In this document: positions 24,964 through 34,800 of the stretch, in pieces
Layout of the letters: the number at the start of each line of letters is the position of its first letter
Position numbering within the stretch: the stretch's first letter is position 1
DNA from: a virus
Direction: 5' to 3' (one strand)
Length of the DNA: 41,231 nt
Virus record (IMG/VR): IMGVR_UViG_3300045988_102542
Location: 1-41,231 of that record
Notes under the pieces: model-generated
What the model was told of the DNA's origin: nothing
The model's database searches: none
Seen by the model: only the letters and a program-made list of their open reading frames with translations
Made by a program: the position numbers and the translations under genes

Positions 24964-25335
24964 ATGCGTAAATCGGTAGAAATCAAAATAGGAGAATCAA
25001 GGTATCAGCTGCTATACACAGTAAGAAGCCTTGAGAGATTTGAGCAGTATCTCGGAACGTCTCTCTTTTCAGTTATAAGTTCCGTGCTTGTTAACGGTGC
25101 AGTCGGAATGTTACAGAGTGCTACAATACACTTTATCATTTCCGGCTTGCAAGCCGGACTTTTAAACCAGCCGAAGAATTTCGATGCTTATGATTTCGTG
25201 GATATGTACTGTGAAAATGGCGGAAACATCGGAGAACTCGCAAAATACATCGTAGATGCGGTGGTTGAATCCGGACTTTTTACACAGGGGACGCCGAAAA
25301 AAGAGGCGCCGATGAAAAAGAAGAATCGCCGATAA
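24964..25335 (+). CDS. Tail assembly chaperone (gpG-like)
   Basis: 123 aa immediately upstream of the tape measure. A-rich slippery runs near the 3' end. Confidence 0.7.
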   Translation: MRKSVEIKIGESRYQLLYTVRSLERFEQYLGTSLFSVISSVLVNGAVGMLQSATIHFIISGLQAGLLNQPKNFDAYDFVDMYCENGGNIGELAKYIVDAVVESGLFTQGTPKKEAPMKKKNRR

Positions 25336-25646
25336 AGACAATTGAAGACTGGATGCGGTATGCAGAACCGATAGCATACCGCATCGGTTTCAAACCGTCT
25401 GAATTTCCGCGGTTAACGCCGCTTGAATTCTATAGATATCTTGAAGCGAGTGACGAACGTCGACGCTTGCAGGATTACCGCGTGGCGTACTTCATTTCAT
25501 GGCTAATGTCCCCGCAGCTGAAAAAGCCGATAGAACCGCATGAAATTGCGGACCCGCTGTGGATTACGGAAGAAGATAAAGTGAAAAATGCAAAAAAAGA
25601 AATGGAATATTTGAAAAAAGTATTTAATTTGGAGGGAGGTGCATAA
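25269..25646 (+). CDS. gpT-like extension reached by -1 frameshift from the chaperone ORF (G-T fusion)
   Basis: The -1 frame is open from 25269 and overlaps the G ORF by 67 nt. ATG 25353 has no SD. Candidate slip sites are G-AAA-AAA (25296-25302) and G-AAA-AAG (25314-25320). Confidence 0.55.
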   Translation: MRTFYTGDAEKRGADEKEESPIKTIEDWMRYAEPIAYRIGFKPSEFPRLTPLEFYRYLEASDERRRLQDYRVAYFISWLMSPQLKKPIEPHEIADPLWITEEDKVKNAKKEMEYLKKVFNLEGGA

Positions 25647-28600
25647 ATGTCTACTATTTCTGATTTACAGCTTAAAATTGGTGCAGACTCGTCCGGGCTG
25701 CAAAAAGAATTAAACAAGGTGCCCGGAAGTGTGAAGGCAGCTTTTAGGGTTAATCCGGTAAAAGACATGCAGTCCGCGCTGGAAGGAGCTACAGGAAGCC
25801 TTGAAACGTTAATCGGTAAATTTGGCGGAATGGCGGCATTGGCCGCATCGGGATTCGGATTAACGAATCTGATAAAGGGTGCCGTCGAGGCGGGGAACAG
25901 AACATACGAACTCGCACAAAGGCTGCAAATAACTAACGCTGAAGCTGCAAAATTCTCAAGAATACTCAAGCTAACCGGCGGTGACAGCGAACTTGCAGGG
26001 AAAGCGTTTATGCGCCTTGACTCGACAATCAAAGGAAGCGGAGAGGCGGCAGAAAAGACAAGAGCTGTCTTAAGTGCCGTAGGTGTTACTCTGACAGATC
26101 AGAACGGTAAACTGTTGCCTCTTAATGACCAGCTTGCGCAGCTGGCGGCAGGTTATCAAAAAGCGTCACAGGCGGGATATGCTCAGGAATTTATCATGAA
26201 TACACTGGGCGCCCGTGGTCTGACGCTTGTTGAAACCCTGCAAAACTATAATGAAGCATCAGAAAATGCGGCAAAAATCAAAGGCTTAGGACTTGACGCA
26301 AAGCAGATGCATGAAATAAGCGTAGAGCTTGATGTAGTGCAGGCACAGCTCGGACAGCTCGCTATCGCAGGCGGGGCTATACTTGCGCCGGTAGCGAAAG
26401 AAGTATTGCCGCCGATTTTAGAGGGATTGGCATCAACTGCTAAATATATAGCGGAAAACAAGGAAAATCTGCTGTCGCTGACGAAGACACTGGTAGCTTT
26501 TACGGTGGCGTATAAGACACTGCAGGCATTGCAAAAAGCAAGATCAGCAATGGGATCGCTTGCGTCGATTGGAACTGGAGACGTTTCAGAAGATGCGCTA
26601 ACAGTACAGCAAGAGAAAAGCATTGCACGCCGGATAAAAAACATAGAAAAAGCGGCAATGGCAGAAGAAAAAGCATATTTGAAGACTCTTAGTACAGCGC
26701 AGATGACAGACGCTGAAAAAGAGGCAAGCTACTCAAAATACTGTGTTATGCGGGAGGCTAAAGCGGCTGAAACCGCAAGAGTAGAAGCAGCACGCATGAC
26801 AGCCGCGTATCAGGAAATCAATATGCAGGCCCGGCAGTCGGCAGCAGTGCAGGCGAGCGCGGCAAATACAGCAGCCGGTGCACATAAAGCCGCAGCAGGG
26901 AAGATGGTTGCGGCTAATACGGCGGCCAGTGCGTCGAGCAATATGCTGGCGGCGGAACAGACCGCGGTTACCGTTGCTACACAACAGACAGGAAAAGCCG
27001 CCGTGGATACCGGTATCAGAATGAGCACAGCAGCGAGAGGGTCACTCGGTCCGTTGCGTCAGGCGGCAAGTGCGGTATGGGCACTGGCTGGAGGATGGCT
27101 GGGTGTGGCTGCTGCTATTGTAGCCGCAACGTATAAGCTGTATGAATTCCATCAGGAAGAGAAGAGAGAGGCAGAAAACGCACAGTATGTAAACGTAAAC
27201 GGTAAAGATTACTACTACAGCGAAAAAGACAATACAATGATCCGTGTAAAAGAAAATGGAACACGGATGAATGTTTATAGTCAGGAGGAAAACGATGAGG
27301 CAAAAGCGGCATGGGATAGGAAGTACGCTGCCGCTAACGAGAACTCTAAAAAACTTCACGAAAAATATGGTGACGGAACAAGCATAGACAACGGAGCTAT
27401 AAATTCACAAATTGAAGCTTTAAAGGCTGCTTTTGAATCGGGAACATCTGCAACAAAAGATAATACGAAAGCACTTAAAGAAGCAAAAACGTATCAAGTA
27501 GAGGCGCCAATCGGTCAGGAAGTTGTAAACATAGCATCAAGACATCCTGAGGGAGAACAATGGATGTCGCCGCTTGTTGAAGATGCACGTGTGCAATGCG
27601 CCGCTTTTGTTTCTGCATTGTATCAAGAAGCAGGTATACAAGGGCTGAACTCAATTAACGGGAATCAGCTTGTAAATCAGTTCGGTACGGCCTACCACAC
27701 CGCCGGAACAGGATACGTGCCGCAGGAAGGCGACATGATAGATTGGAAAGACCATGTCGGAATTTATGCGGGAAACGGTGAGTACATAGCAAGAAATTCG
27801 ACTGGCGGAGTGCATCGCGGAAGTATGTCGGAAGCAAATCAATGGTTCGGTAATCCGCTTGGCTACGGATCGATAGGTGAGTACACCGGAGGCAAAACAG
27901 TAACACTTACGACTGATGAAATCGGTAAAAAAGCTAACGAGGCGCTGAGACGGTTAAATCAGGCAAAAGAAGAGGCAATTCGGTTGTTTTCGACGATGCA
28001 GGAATCTATAGACAGCGAAACCGAAGGTGCCTACATGTCAGGTATGAACAAGCTGGCGGAAGATATCCGACAGAAGCAGGAAGAAATCAACAAACTATCT
28101 AATGCCGGTATTCCGAAAGACGCGGTTGAACAACTGCAAAAACAGCTCAGCACATACGGAACGGTTATGAAGCAGAAACTGACCGACACGTGGACGGAAA
28201 GCTGGAACAAAATCAAGACCGAAACAAAGCAGATAGGTGCAGAGCTCACCGGGGACTTTAAAGCACTTGCAGATGCCGAATATGAAGCTACAGTTAATGC
28301 GCTCAACAAAGAGAGAACAGAACGCATAAAAGAAGTTTCTAAAAACAAAGAAGATAAAGAAGCGATGGCGGCTGTCGAAGAATGGTATACTGCTAAGACC
28401 GCCGAAGCCGCAAAGAAACGTACAGATGCATATAGAGAGTCATTTGAAAAACAGGCAAAATACGCAATAGATAACCATCGTTCAGATCTGCTTAGAGCAT
28501 TAACAAGCAGCCGCGACGGACAAGATTACATGAACTGGAAAGGACAGACAGAAGCCCTTGAAACGTATCTGAGTATATGGAAGACCGGGCACGAGTCTAT

Positions 28601-29489
28601 GCAGTCGCAAATTGCAGAACTCGCGGAGAGCTCAACTGATAAATTCCAGGAGTTTTTCCAAAACATTTTGACAGGATCAGAAACACTCGGAGACTCGCTG
28701 TATAATCTCATAACAGGAATCGGAGAGACAATACTACAGCAGATTACGCAACAATGGGCAGGGCGGTTGACAGAATCTCTATTCGGCGGCAGCCTGCTCG
28801 GCGGCGGAAATAATAACAACAGTAACGGCGGAACATCTGACAATGGTATGAATACGATGTTTGATGCGTTCAAAAACAACCTAAGCGCGTCTAATGTAGC
28901 ACTGGGACTTTTCTCCGGCAGCACACAGAAAGGCGGAATGGTCATGGGCGCATATAACGTCATCCAAAACGCCATTAACACAGGCACAAAGCCGACAGAA
29001 GTCGGGGCAACCGTTACTGCTACAGGTGCTTTAGCAGCATTTACTACAGCAGTCGGTGCGGCTACTGTAGCACTGCAGCTTATGTCTGCAAAGTCAGGAT
29101 TCGGATTTGGCATGTTTGGATTTGCGACTGGCGGACCCATCAGCGGTCCGGGGACGGCTACATCAGACAGCATTCCTGCTTGGTTGTCTAATGGTGAGTA
29201 CGTTCTCAATGCTGACGCTGTCCGAAAAGTAGGATTGCCGCTGCTTAATGCAATCAATTCAGGACGTATGCCGCGTTTTGCAAAAGGCGGAGCGGTAAAG
29301 ACTGCAGACATCCGGAATATAGAGTCAACAACAATCACGAAAGGCGGAAACAGATCAGTACATTTAGACATCAATACTCTTGATGCCGCATCGTTTGCTG
29401 ATTTCTTGCGTAACGGCGCTGTAGACGAAATTCGGAAAGCATTTTTTGAAGAAGATTTGAATTTTGCAGGAAGTAGCGGGGTGTTCTGA
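25647..29489 (+). CDS. Tape measure protein with embedded NlpC/P60-like peptidase domain
   Basis: 1280 aa, Ala-rich coiled coil. Internal VQCAAFVSALYQEAG..DHVGIYAGNGEYIARNSTGGVH (Cys..His..) block. Confidence 0.9.
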   Translation: MSTISDLQLKIGADSSGLQKELNKVPGSVKAAFRVNPVKDMQSALEGATGSLETLIGKFGGMAALAASGFGLTNLIKGAVEAGNRTYELAQRLQITNAEAAKFSRILKLTGGDSELAGKAFMRLDSTIKGSGEAAEKTRAVLSAVGVTLTDQNGKLLPLNDQLAQLAAGYQKASQAGYAQEFIMNTLGARGLTLVETLQNYNEASENAAKIKGLGLDAKQMHEISVELDVVQAQLGQLAIAGGAILAPVAKEVLPPILEGLASTAKYIAENKENLLSLTKTLVAFTVAYKTLQALQKARSAMGSLASIGTGDVSEDALTVQQEKSIARRIKNIEKAAMAEEKAYLKTLSTAQMTDAEKEASYSKYCVMREAKAAETARVEAARMTAAYQEINMQARQSAAVQASAANTAAGAHKAAAGKMVAANTAASASSNMLAAEQTAVTVATQQTGKAAVDTGIRMSTAARGSLGPLRQAASAVWALAGGWLGVAAAIVAATYKLYEFHQEEKREAENAQYVNVNGKDYYYSEKDNTMIRVKENGTRMNVYSQEENDEAKAAWDRKYAAANENSKKLHEKYGDGTSIDNGAINSQIEALKAAFESGTSATKDNTKALKEAKTYQVEAPIGQEVVNIASRHPEGEQWMSPLVEDARVQCAAFVSALYQEAGIQGLNSINGNQLVNQFGTAYHTAGTGYVPQEGDMIDWKDHVGIYAGNGEYIARNSTGGVHRGSMSEANQWFGNPLGYGSIGEYTGGKTVTLTTDEIGKKANEALRRLNQAKEEAIRLFSTMQESIDSETEGAYMSGMNKLAEDIRQKQEEINKLSNAGIPKDAVEQLQKQLSTYGTVMKQKLTDTWTESWNKIKTETKQIGAELTGDFKALADAEYEATVNALNKERTERIKEVSKNKEDKEAMAAVEEWYTAKTAEAAKKRTDAYRESFEKQAKYAIDNHRSDLLRALTSSRDGQDYMNWKGQTEALETYLSIWKTGHESMQSQIAELAESSTDKFQEFFQNILTGSETLGDSLYNLITGIGETILQQITQQWAGRLTESLFGGSLLGGGNNNNSNGGTSDNGMNTMFDAFKNNLSASNVALGLFSGSTQKGGMVMGAYNVIQNAINTGTKPTEVGATVTATGALAAFTTAVGAATVALQLMSAKSGFGFGMFGFATGGPISGPGTATSDSIPAWLSNGEYVLNADAVRKVGLPLLNAINSGRMPRFAKGGAVKTADIRNIESTTITKGGNRSVHLDINTLDAASFADFLRNGAVDEIRKAFFEEDLNFAGSSGVF

Positions 29490-30061
29490 TGACACTTAGG
29501 AAATTCCCGGAAGATCTTAACGGATTAGCCTGGGAAAGTATAAAATCAATGGACTGGAATACAAAAGTACAAAAATCGGGAAGCGGTAAAGTACGTACAC
29601 TCACGACACAGCTATTGCCGAACTGGACGATAGAAACGAAATTCCAGATATTGACCGATGAACAATATAGAAAGCTGTTGGGATTTGTAGCGCTGTTAAA
29701 AGGCGCACATATCCCTTTTTTATGGCTTGATCCGGAAGACTACGAGGAAAAAGGAATACAGCTGCCGCTGATCACGAACGGAACTTATCAAGCCGTCATG
29801 AAAATGGGCGACTATGTAGAGCCGGTCGAATACATCGAAAAAGTAACAGTATATATTGACGGCGTGAAACAAGCAAGCAGTACATACACAGTTACCGGCG
29901 GGACGGTGAAGTTCAAAACTGCACCAGTGAGTACGGCAAAAGTTACAGCGGACTATACATATTACTGGAAAGTTATGTTTGCAGATGACGGAATAGATAT
30001 CGAGCGGCAGTATCTTAACATCAACAAGTCTAAAACATTTAAGTTGGAGGTAGTCCGATGA
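29489..30061 (+). CDS. Distal tail protein (DUF2460/TIGR02217-like, lambda gpM position)
   Basis: 190 aa directly after the tape measure. Family assignment is from memory of GTA-like tail modules. Confidence 0.5.
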   Translation: MTLRKFPEDLNGLAWESIKSMDWNTKVQKSGSGKVRTLTTQLLPNWTIETKFQILTDEQYRKLLGFVALLKGAHIPFLWLDPEDYEEKGIQLPLITNGTYQAVMKMGDYVEPVEYIEKVTVYIDGVKQASSTYTVTGGTVKFKTAPVSTAKVTADYTYYWKVMFADDGIDIERQYLNINKSKTFKLEVVR

Positions 30062-30639
30062 AAACAGTGGATAAAGCTCTTGAGACTTATCTTGAGACAG
30101 AAAAGAAGATTACTTCTTGCGATCTATACGATCTTGTCTTAGATAACGGCAATAAGTACTACTATGCCGATACAGATGTGGATATATTGTTTAACGGGCA
30201 CACATACTTACATAACGCATTGTTGATTAAGCGGCAGCAAGTCAAGATTCATGATCGTGTGGTAGTTGATACAATGACCGTTACTGTGCAGGCGGATATC
30301 AATGACAAGCTGGAAGGACTGCCGTTCTTGCAGGCGGCGCACAGCGGAGTACTTGACAGAGCTAAATTATATCTTCGGAGATGCTTCTTCCGCGATCAGT
30401 CCGTCGTGGGTGTGATTGACCTGTTCGGCGGGAATGTAGAAGTCAAATCGGCAGGCGGTATCAAGATTGAATTATCAGTAAAAGCCGAAACACAAGGGCT
30501 CAATATGGAGTTTCCGGTCCGCAGGTACTATCCGCAAGGAAGCTACACGACGAATGAAGACGGCGTCATTTACAGTAAAGAAACCGATGCCGCGACGCTG
30601 ATTGCGCCGTTCGTACCGCGAAGAGAGGTACTCATATGA
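30058..30639 (+). CDS. Distal tail protein (DUF2163/BR0599-like, lambda gpL position)
   Basis: 193 aa. ATGA overlap with the upstream gene. Confidence 0.5.
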   Translation: MKTVDKALETYLETEKKITSCDLYDLVLDNGNKYYYADTDVDILFNGHTYLHNALLIKRQQVKIHDRVVVDTMTVTVQADINDKLEGLPFLQAAHSGVLDRAKLYLRRCFFRDQSVVGVIDLFGGNVEVKSAGGIKIELSVKAETQGLNMEFPVRRYYPQGSYTTNEDGVIYSKETDAATLIAPFVPRREVLI

Positions 30640-31073
30640 CCAACGGCGAGAAAATAGCAAAAGCAGCCGCAGTATGGCTGGGCACGCCGCACATCAACGG
30701 CGCTAAAGTAAAAGGCCGCGGAGTAGACTGCGGCATGCTCCTGATAGGCTGCATAGAAGACGCCGGACTGCTGAAAAAAGACAGTATACAAATTGATCCA
30801 TATTCTAACGAATGGCATCTGCACCACAGCGATGAATGGTTCTTGAGTTATGTGCAGAAATATTGCGACGAGGTAGAAGATATGCAGCCCGGAGATTTTT
30901 TACTGTATCAATTCGGACGGTGCATTTCTCACGGGGCGGTCTATGTCGGCAAGGGGCGCGTCATTCATGCCTACATCGACCGCGGCGTAGTCATGACAGA
31001 TCTTTCTGATGTGATGTTTTTTGACGCGAAGGGCAGGAGCCGCTTGCGCGGGATTTATAGATTTCGAGTATGA
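30636..31073 (+). CDS. Tail-associated NlpC/P60 cell-wall peptidase (gpK position)
   Basis: WLGTPHINGAKVKGRGVDCGMLL (catalytic Cys) .. ISHGAVYVGKGRVIHA (His). Confidence 0.75.
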   Translation: MTNGEKIAKAAAVWLGTPHINGAKVKGRGVDCGMLLIGCIEDAGLLKKDSIQIDPYSNEWHLHHSDEWFLSYVQKYCDEVEDMQPGDFLLYQFGRCISHGAVYVGKGRVIHAYIDRGVVMTDLSDVMFFDAKGRSRLRGIYRFRV

Positions 31074-31098
31074 AAAAAGCCCCGTAAGGGGGCTTTAG
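31074..31098. terminator. Bidirectional Rho-independent terminator
   Basis: AAAAAGCCCC-gtaag-GGGGCTTT. Lies between the convergent tail gene and hicB. Confidence 0.75.
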
Positions 31099-31107
31099 GG
31101 TGAGAAG

Positions 31108-31512
31108 TTAAATCTGCTTCTGATAGAGCGCAAGAAGCGAATCTTGCAGGACTTTTGAAAAATTAATGTGCTGAGATTCTGCAAAAGTATTCAGCCAAGC
31201 GGGTATTGTTAAATTTTTACGGACTGCTTTATTCCCGTATTTTTCTGCGTAAGCGTCCATATCAAGAGTGAGCAGGCTTACGAAGCCGTCGGCACTGTCC
31301 AGATGTGTATCTTTTACGTTGCCGGGAGCCGGGACGGTTTTACCGTCTTCCCATTCGTCCAAAATCCATCCTGAGGCGGCATCGACGGCCATTTCGATGG
31401 CTTCTGCAAGCGTATCCCCTTCGGATACGCAGCCTGGAAGATCCGGAACGACGACGGTATATCCGCCTTCTTTCGCCGGATAAAAGCAAGCGGGATAGAG
31501 TAATTTATTCAT
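31108..31512 (-). CDS. hicB: HicB-family antitoxin
   Basis: N-terminus YPACFYPAKEGGYTVVVPDLPGCVSEGDTLAEAIEMA, typical of HicB. C-terminal DNA-binding-like tail. Confidence 0.9.
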   Translation of the reverse strand: MNKLLYPACFYPAKEGGYTVVVPDLPGCVSEGDTLAEAIEMAVDAASGWILDEWEDGKTVPAPGNVKDTHLDSADGFVSLLTLDMDAYAEKYGNKAVRKNLTIPAWLNTFAESQHINFSKVLQDSLLALYQKQI

Positions 31513-31550
31513 AATATCCTCCTATATCAAAACATTGGCAGGCAGGGAGC

Positions 31551-31733
31551 TTATTTCAGCCCCGCCTGTTTCAATATGTTATCGACTGTGCCGATTTTTA
31601 AATCCCCTTTATGATTTGGGACGGAAACCTTTCCGGGCTTCGTCGGGTGAACGTAGTGGTAGTGAGAACCTTTCACGCTTTTTAACTTCCATCCATCTTT
31701 CTTCAGTAGCTTTTCAAGTTCCCGGAATGTCAT
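31551..31733 (-). CDS. hicA: HicA-family mRNA interferase toxin
   Basis: 60 aa. ELEKLLKKDGWKLKSVKGSHYHYVHP..VSVPNHKGDLKIGT is a typical HicA sequence. Confidence 0.92.
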   Translation of the reverse strand: MTFRELEKLLKKDGWKLKSVKGSHYHYVHPTKPGKVSVPNHKGDLKIGTVDNILKQAGLK

Positions 31734-31755
31734 AATCTCATCTCCTTCTGCTTAT

Positions 31756-31784
31756 ATTATACGCATTATGCGTATAATCGTCAA
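31756..31784 (-). promoter_or_regulatory. hicAB promoter with 23-bp perfect palindromic operator
   Basis: Minus strand reads TTGACG (31784-31779), 17-nt spacer, TATAAT (31761-31756). Palindrome ATTATACGCAT-T-ATGCGTATAAT at 31756-31778 covers the spacer and -10. Confidence 0.7.
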
Positions 31785-31821
31785 GGGGGAAGTTTTATTT
31801 TTAGAAACGAGGTGTAAAAGT

Positions 31822-34800
31822 TTGAGCTTTTTTCGTGGACGCACGACAACGACACGGGCAAATAAAATAAGTGAATTTACAGTCAATACCGCGGAATACG
31901 GAGCCGTCGTACCGGAAATCATCGGTACAGTGCGCACAGCGGGAAACGTAATCTATTATGACGATTTCACAGCCCACGAACACCGAGAAACGCACAAAGC
32001 GGGGAAAGGCGGCAGATCTAAGCAGGTCAGCATAACCTATACCTACACGGTAGCCGTAATTTTAGGACTTTGCGAAGGGCCAATTGCGGGAATCGGAAAA
32101 GTATGGATCGGTAAAAATGTACACAATTATCCGGCGGATGACATCCAGTTGACACTGTTTGACGGGAAAGAAAATCAGCAGCCGTGGGCGTACACGCAGG
32201 GAAAGCACCCGGAAAAAGCCTTGCCGTATCCAGGGCTTGCATACATGGCGGGCGTTATTGATCTGGGGGATTCCGGATCTATGCCGTCATATAACTTTGA
32301 AGTGAAAGGCAGGCTATTAGAGACCGGCGATGGCATTGATGTTAATCCCGCCGACTACATCCGATACGTACTTGATAAAATCGGCAAAAAAGATATGCAG
32401 ATTATCGGGCTGGATAATTATCGGAAATACTGTAAAGAAGCCGACCTTTTAATTTCCTCTCCACCCGATGAAGACGCGAAAGCTGCCCGGGAAGTCGTAA
32501 ATGAAATCGCAAAACTGACGAATGCTTATGTGTTCTGGTCAAATGACAAGCTAAAAATCGTACCGCTGGCGGATAGACCGGTTGGTAGCTGGACACCGGA
32601 CAAAACAGGTATCACAGACCTGACGGCGGATGATTTCCTGCCGCAGACCGGCGGGGCTCTTGTAACGTATAAGAGAAAAGACAGCTCTGCGATATATAAT
32701 CAGTTTCCGGTAGAGTTCATTAATCGCGCGAACGGTTACGAAAAAGAATCAGTCAGCTATGAATTTACGGAAGACATCAAGAACTATGGCGTAAGAGCTG
32801 CCAGTGTGACCAATGCGCACTATATCTACACAAAAGAGCGGGCGGTAAAAATCGCTGAACAGTTGGCAAGAAACAATAAATACGAAAGAACGCAGTACAC
32901 ATTTAAGCTCGACTGGAGCCTGTGCCGCTTAGAAGTCGGCGACTTGGTAAGATTGACCGATGAAAATTCGGGTATCTTTGAACAGGTCGCAGTCATTAAC
33001 AGCATCACAGAAGGCGCCGACGGTTGCTTGACGGTAACCGCGATATCAAGAGCGCCGGGAGACTATCCTGCGGCAAAATATAACGTGCATGCAAACGACC
33101 GTCCGTACATCGACTACAACAAACCTGCACCGGACACCGTCCCGGTTATTTTCCAGCCGCCTGCGGACCTTACATCGGATGGTCTGGAGCTGTGGATTGC
33201 GGCAAAAGGCAAAGCGAACGGTTGGGGCGGATGTACAGTCTATGTATCTGACGATAACACGAACTACCGTACCGCTGGGCAAATTGCGAATAGCGCGCGA
33301 TGTGGGAAACTTATCAGTAACATCACAAAAGACAGCACAGACGTTATCGTCTCATGCAATGATCAGCTGCTTAGCGGCACACAGCAAGACGCAGAACGAA
33401 AGAACACGCTGTGCTGGATTGGCGGTGAATGCTTATCTTATGTGACAGCAACACTGCAGAATGATGGGAATTATAAACTGTCCGGCTGCATTCGCGGCCA
33501 GTATAACACGACCCCCATTGCGCACAGCGCAGGCGCGGATTTTGTCCGTCTGGATAACGGCGTGCTGCACTTAGATTTCACGAAAGAAGACATCGGCAAG
33601 AAGATCTACCTAAAATTCTGTTCGTACAACATCTTCGGAGCGGGCAATCAAGATCTGTCAGAAGTTAGAGCTTATGAGTACACGTTGGCTCCGTACTACA
33701 TCCCGCCTGTTACGAACATCACGGCATATAACCGTTACAGGCAGCTTGCGGATGGCGTCTCTCGCTATGACATCGTCGTAAGCTGGACGCCGCCGGAACT
33801 GCAGTCTTATTTACAAGGTGACGTCTGGTATAAGACCAGCAACGCGCAGGCAAAAGACTTAGTCATCAAAGAGGGCACGAAAGGCTCTGAACTCGGATTT
33901 GATGGTGAATGGACGTTTGGCGGCAGCGGAAAAGATCAGGTCGTCATTCCGCAGGCCATCGTTGGCGATACCTACTTAATCGCCGTATGCACAAAAGACG
34001 AATGGGGCGAAACGACAAGCCCGGATACATCTCCGCAGCTTAAAATTCTTGTTGCACTTAAAACGGAAATCCCGAACACACCCGACGGATTCGGAATAGA
34101 CTTCGGGTCTGTCTGTACTGCCAGCTGGAAAGAAGTCACGAATACCGACGTTGCATTTTACGAAATCCGGACGGATGACAATGCCGGCGCTGAAACAGCA
34201 GGACTGTTAGCACGGACAAACAACCTGTCCGCTATATTACCGCTAACTGAACGCAGCGGAAAGTTATATCTATATGCTAAGTCCGCAATCGGCAAATACT
34301 CGACACCGGCTATCTTGCAGTATAACAAGCCGATACCGAAAAAGCCCAATCCGCCTGTGCTTACAAGTACAATCGGTGGTTTCGGGCTGACGGCAGAAGC
34401 GATCCCCAAAGACTGCGCAGGCATGAACATTTACATCAACGGTACGGACGGGCAGAAGACAATCAAGACCGAAAACAACAGCTACAGTCACACTTGCGGC
34501 GCGGGTATCTATGACGTATCCATTGCTTATTATGACTTCTTCGGCGAAGGCGAGAAATCCGAAGCAAGCCGTGTCGTTGTCAAAGTATCTATCTCAAAGG
34601 ATATGCTTGAAGACGAGGCGGTCAGCATTGCGAAAGTAGACGCGTTAGTTAAGCAAAAGCTCAACGACGGCGCAATCGCAAAACAAGATGTTACAACGAT
34701 CGTCTCAAACCTCGGCAATCTTATGCTTGCAAAAGCAAATTACAGCGCCATTGCACAGATGACAGACGCCATCAATTTGAGGGTGCAAAAAGGCGATGTC

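Noticed and set aside
28526-29374. 282-aa minus-strand ORF (and 25475-26032, 26246-26644) antisense to the tape measure gene
   Set aside because: Pro/Ser/Ala-rich shadow frames of an Ala/Gly-rich gene, with no start context or domain.
31806-31819. 14-nt identity AACGAGGTGTAAAA shared with 38708-38721 (both just upstream of start codons)
   Set aside because: A few exact 14-mer coincidences are expected in 41 kb. One copy is coding (the amidase C-terminus). It probably reflects SD-like composition only.
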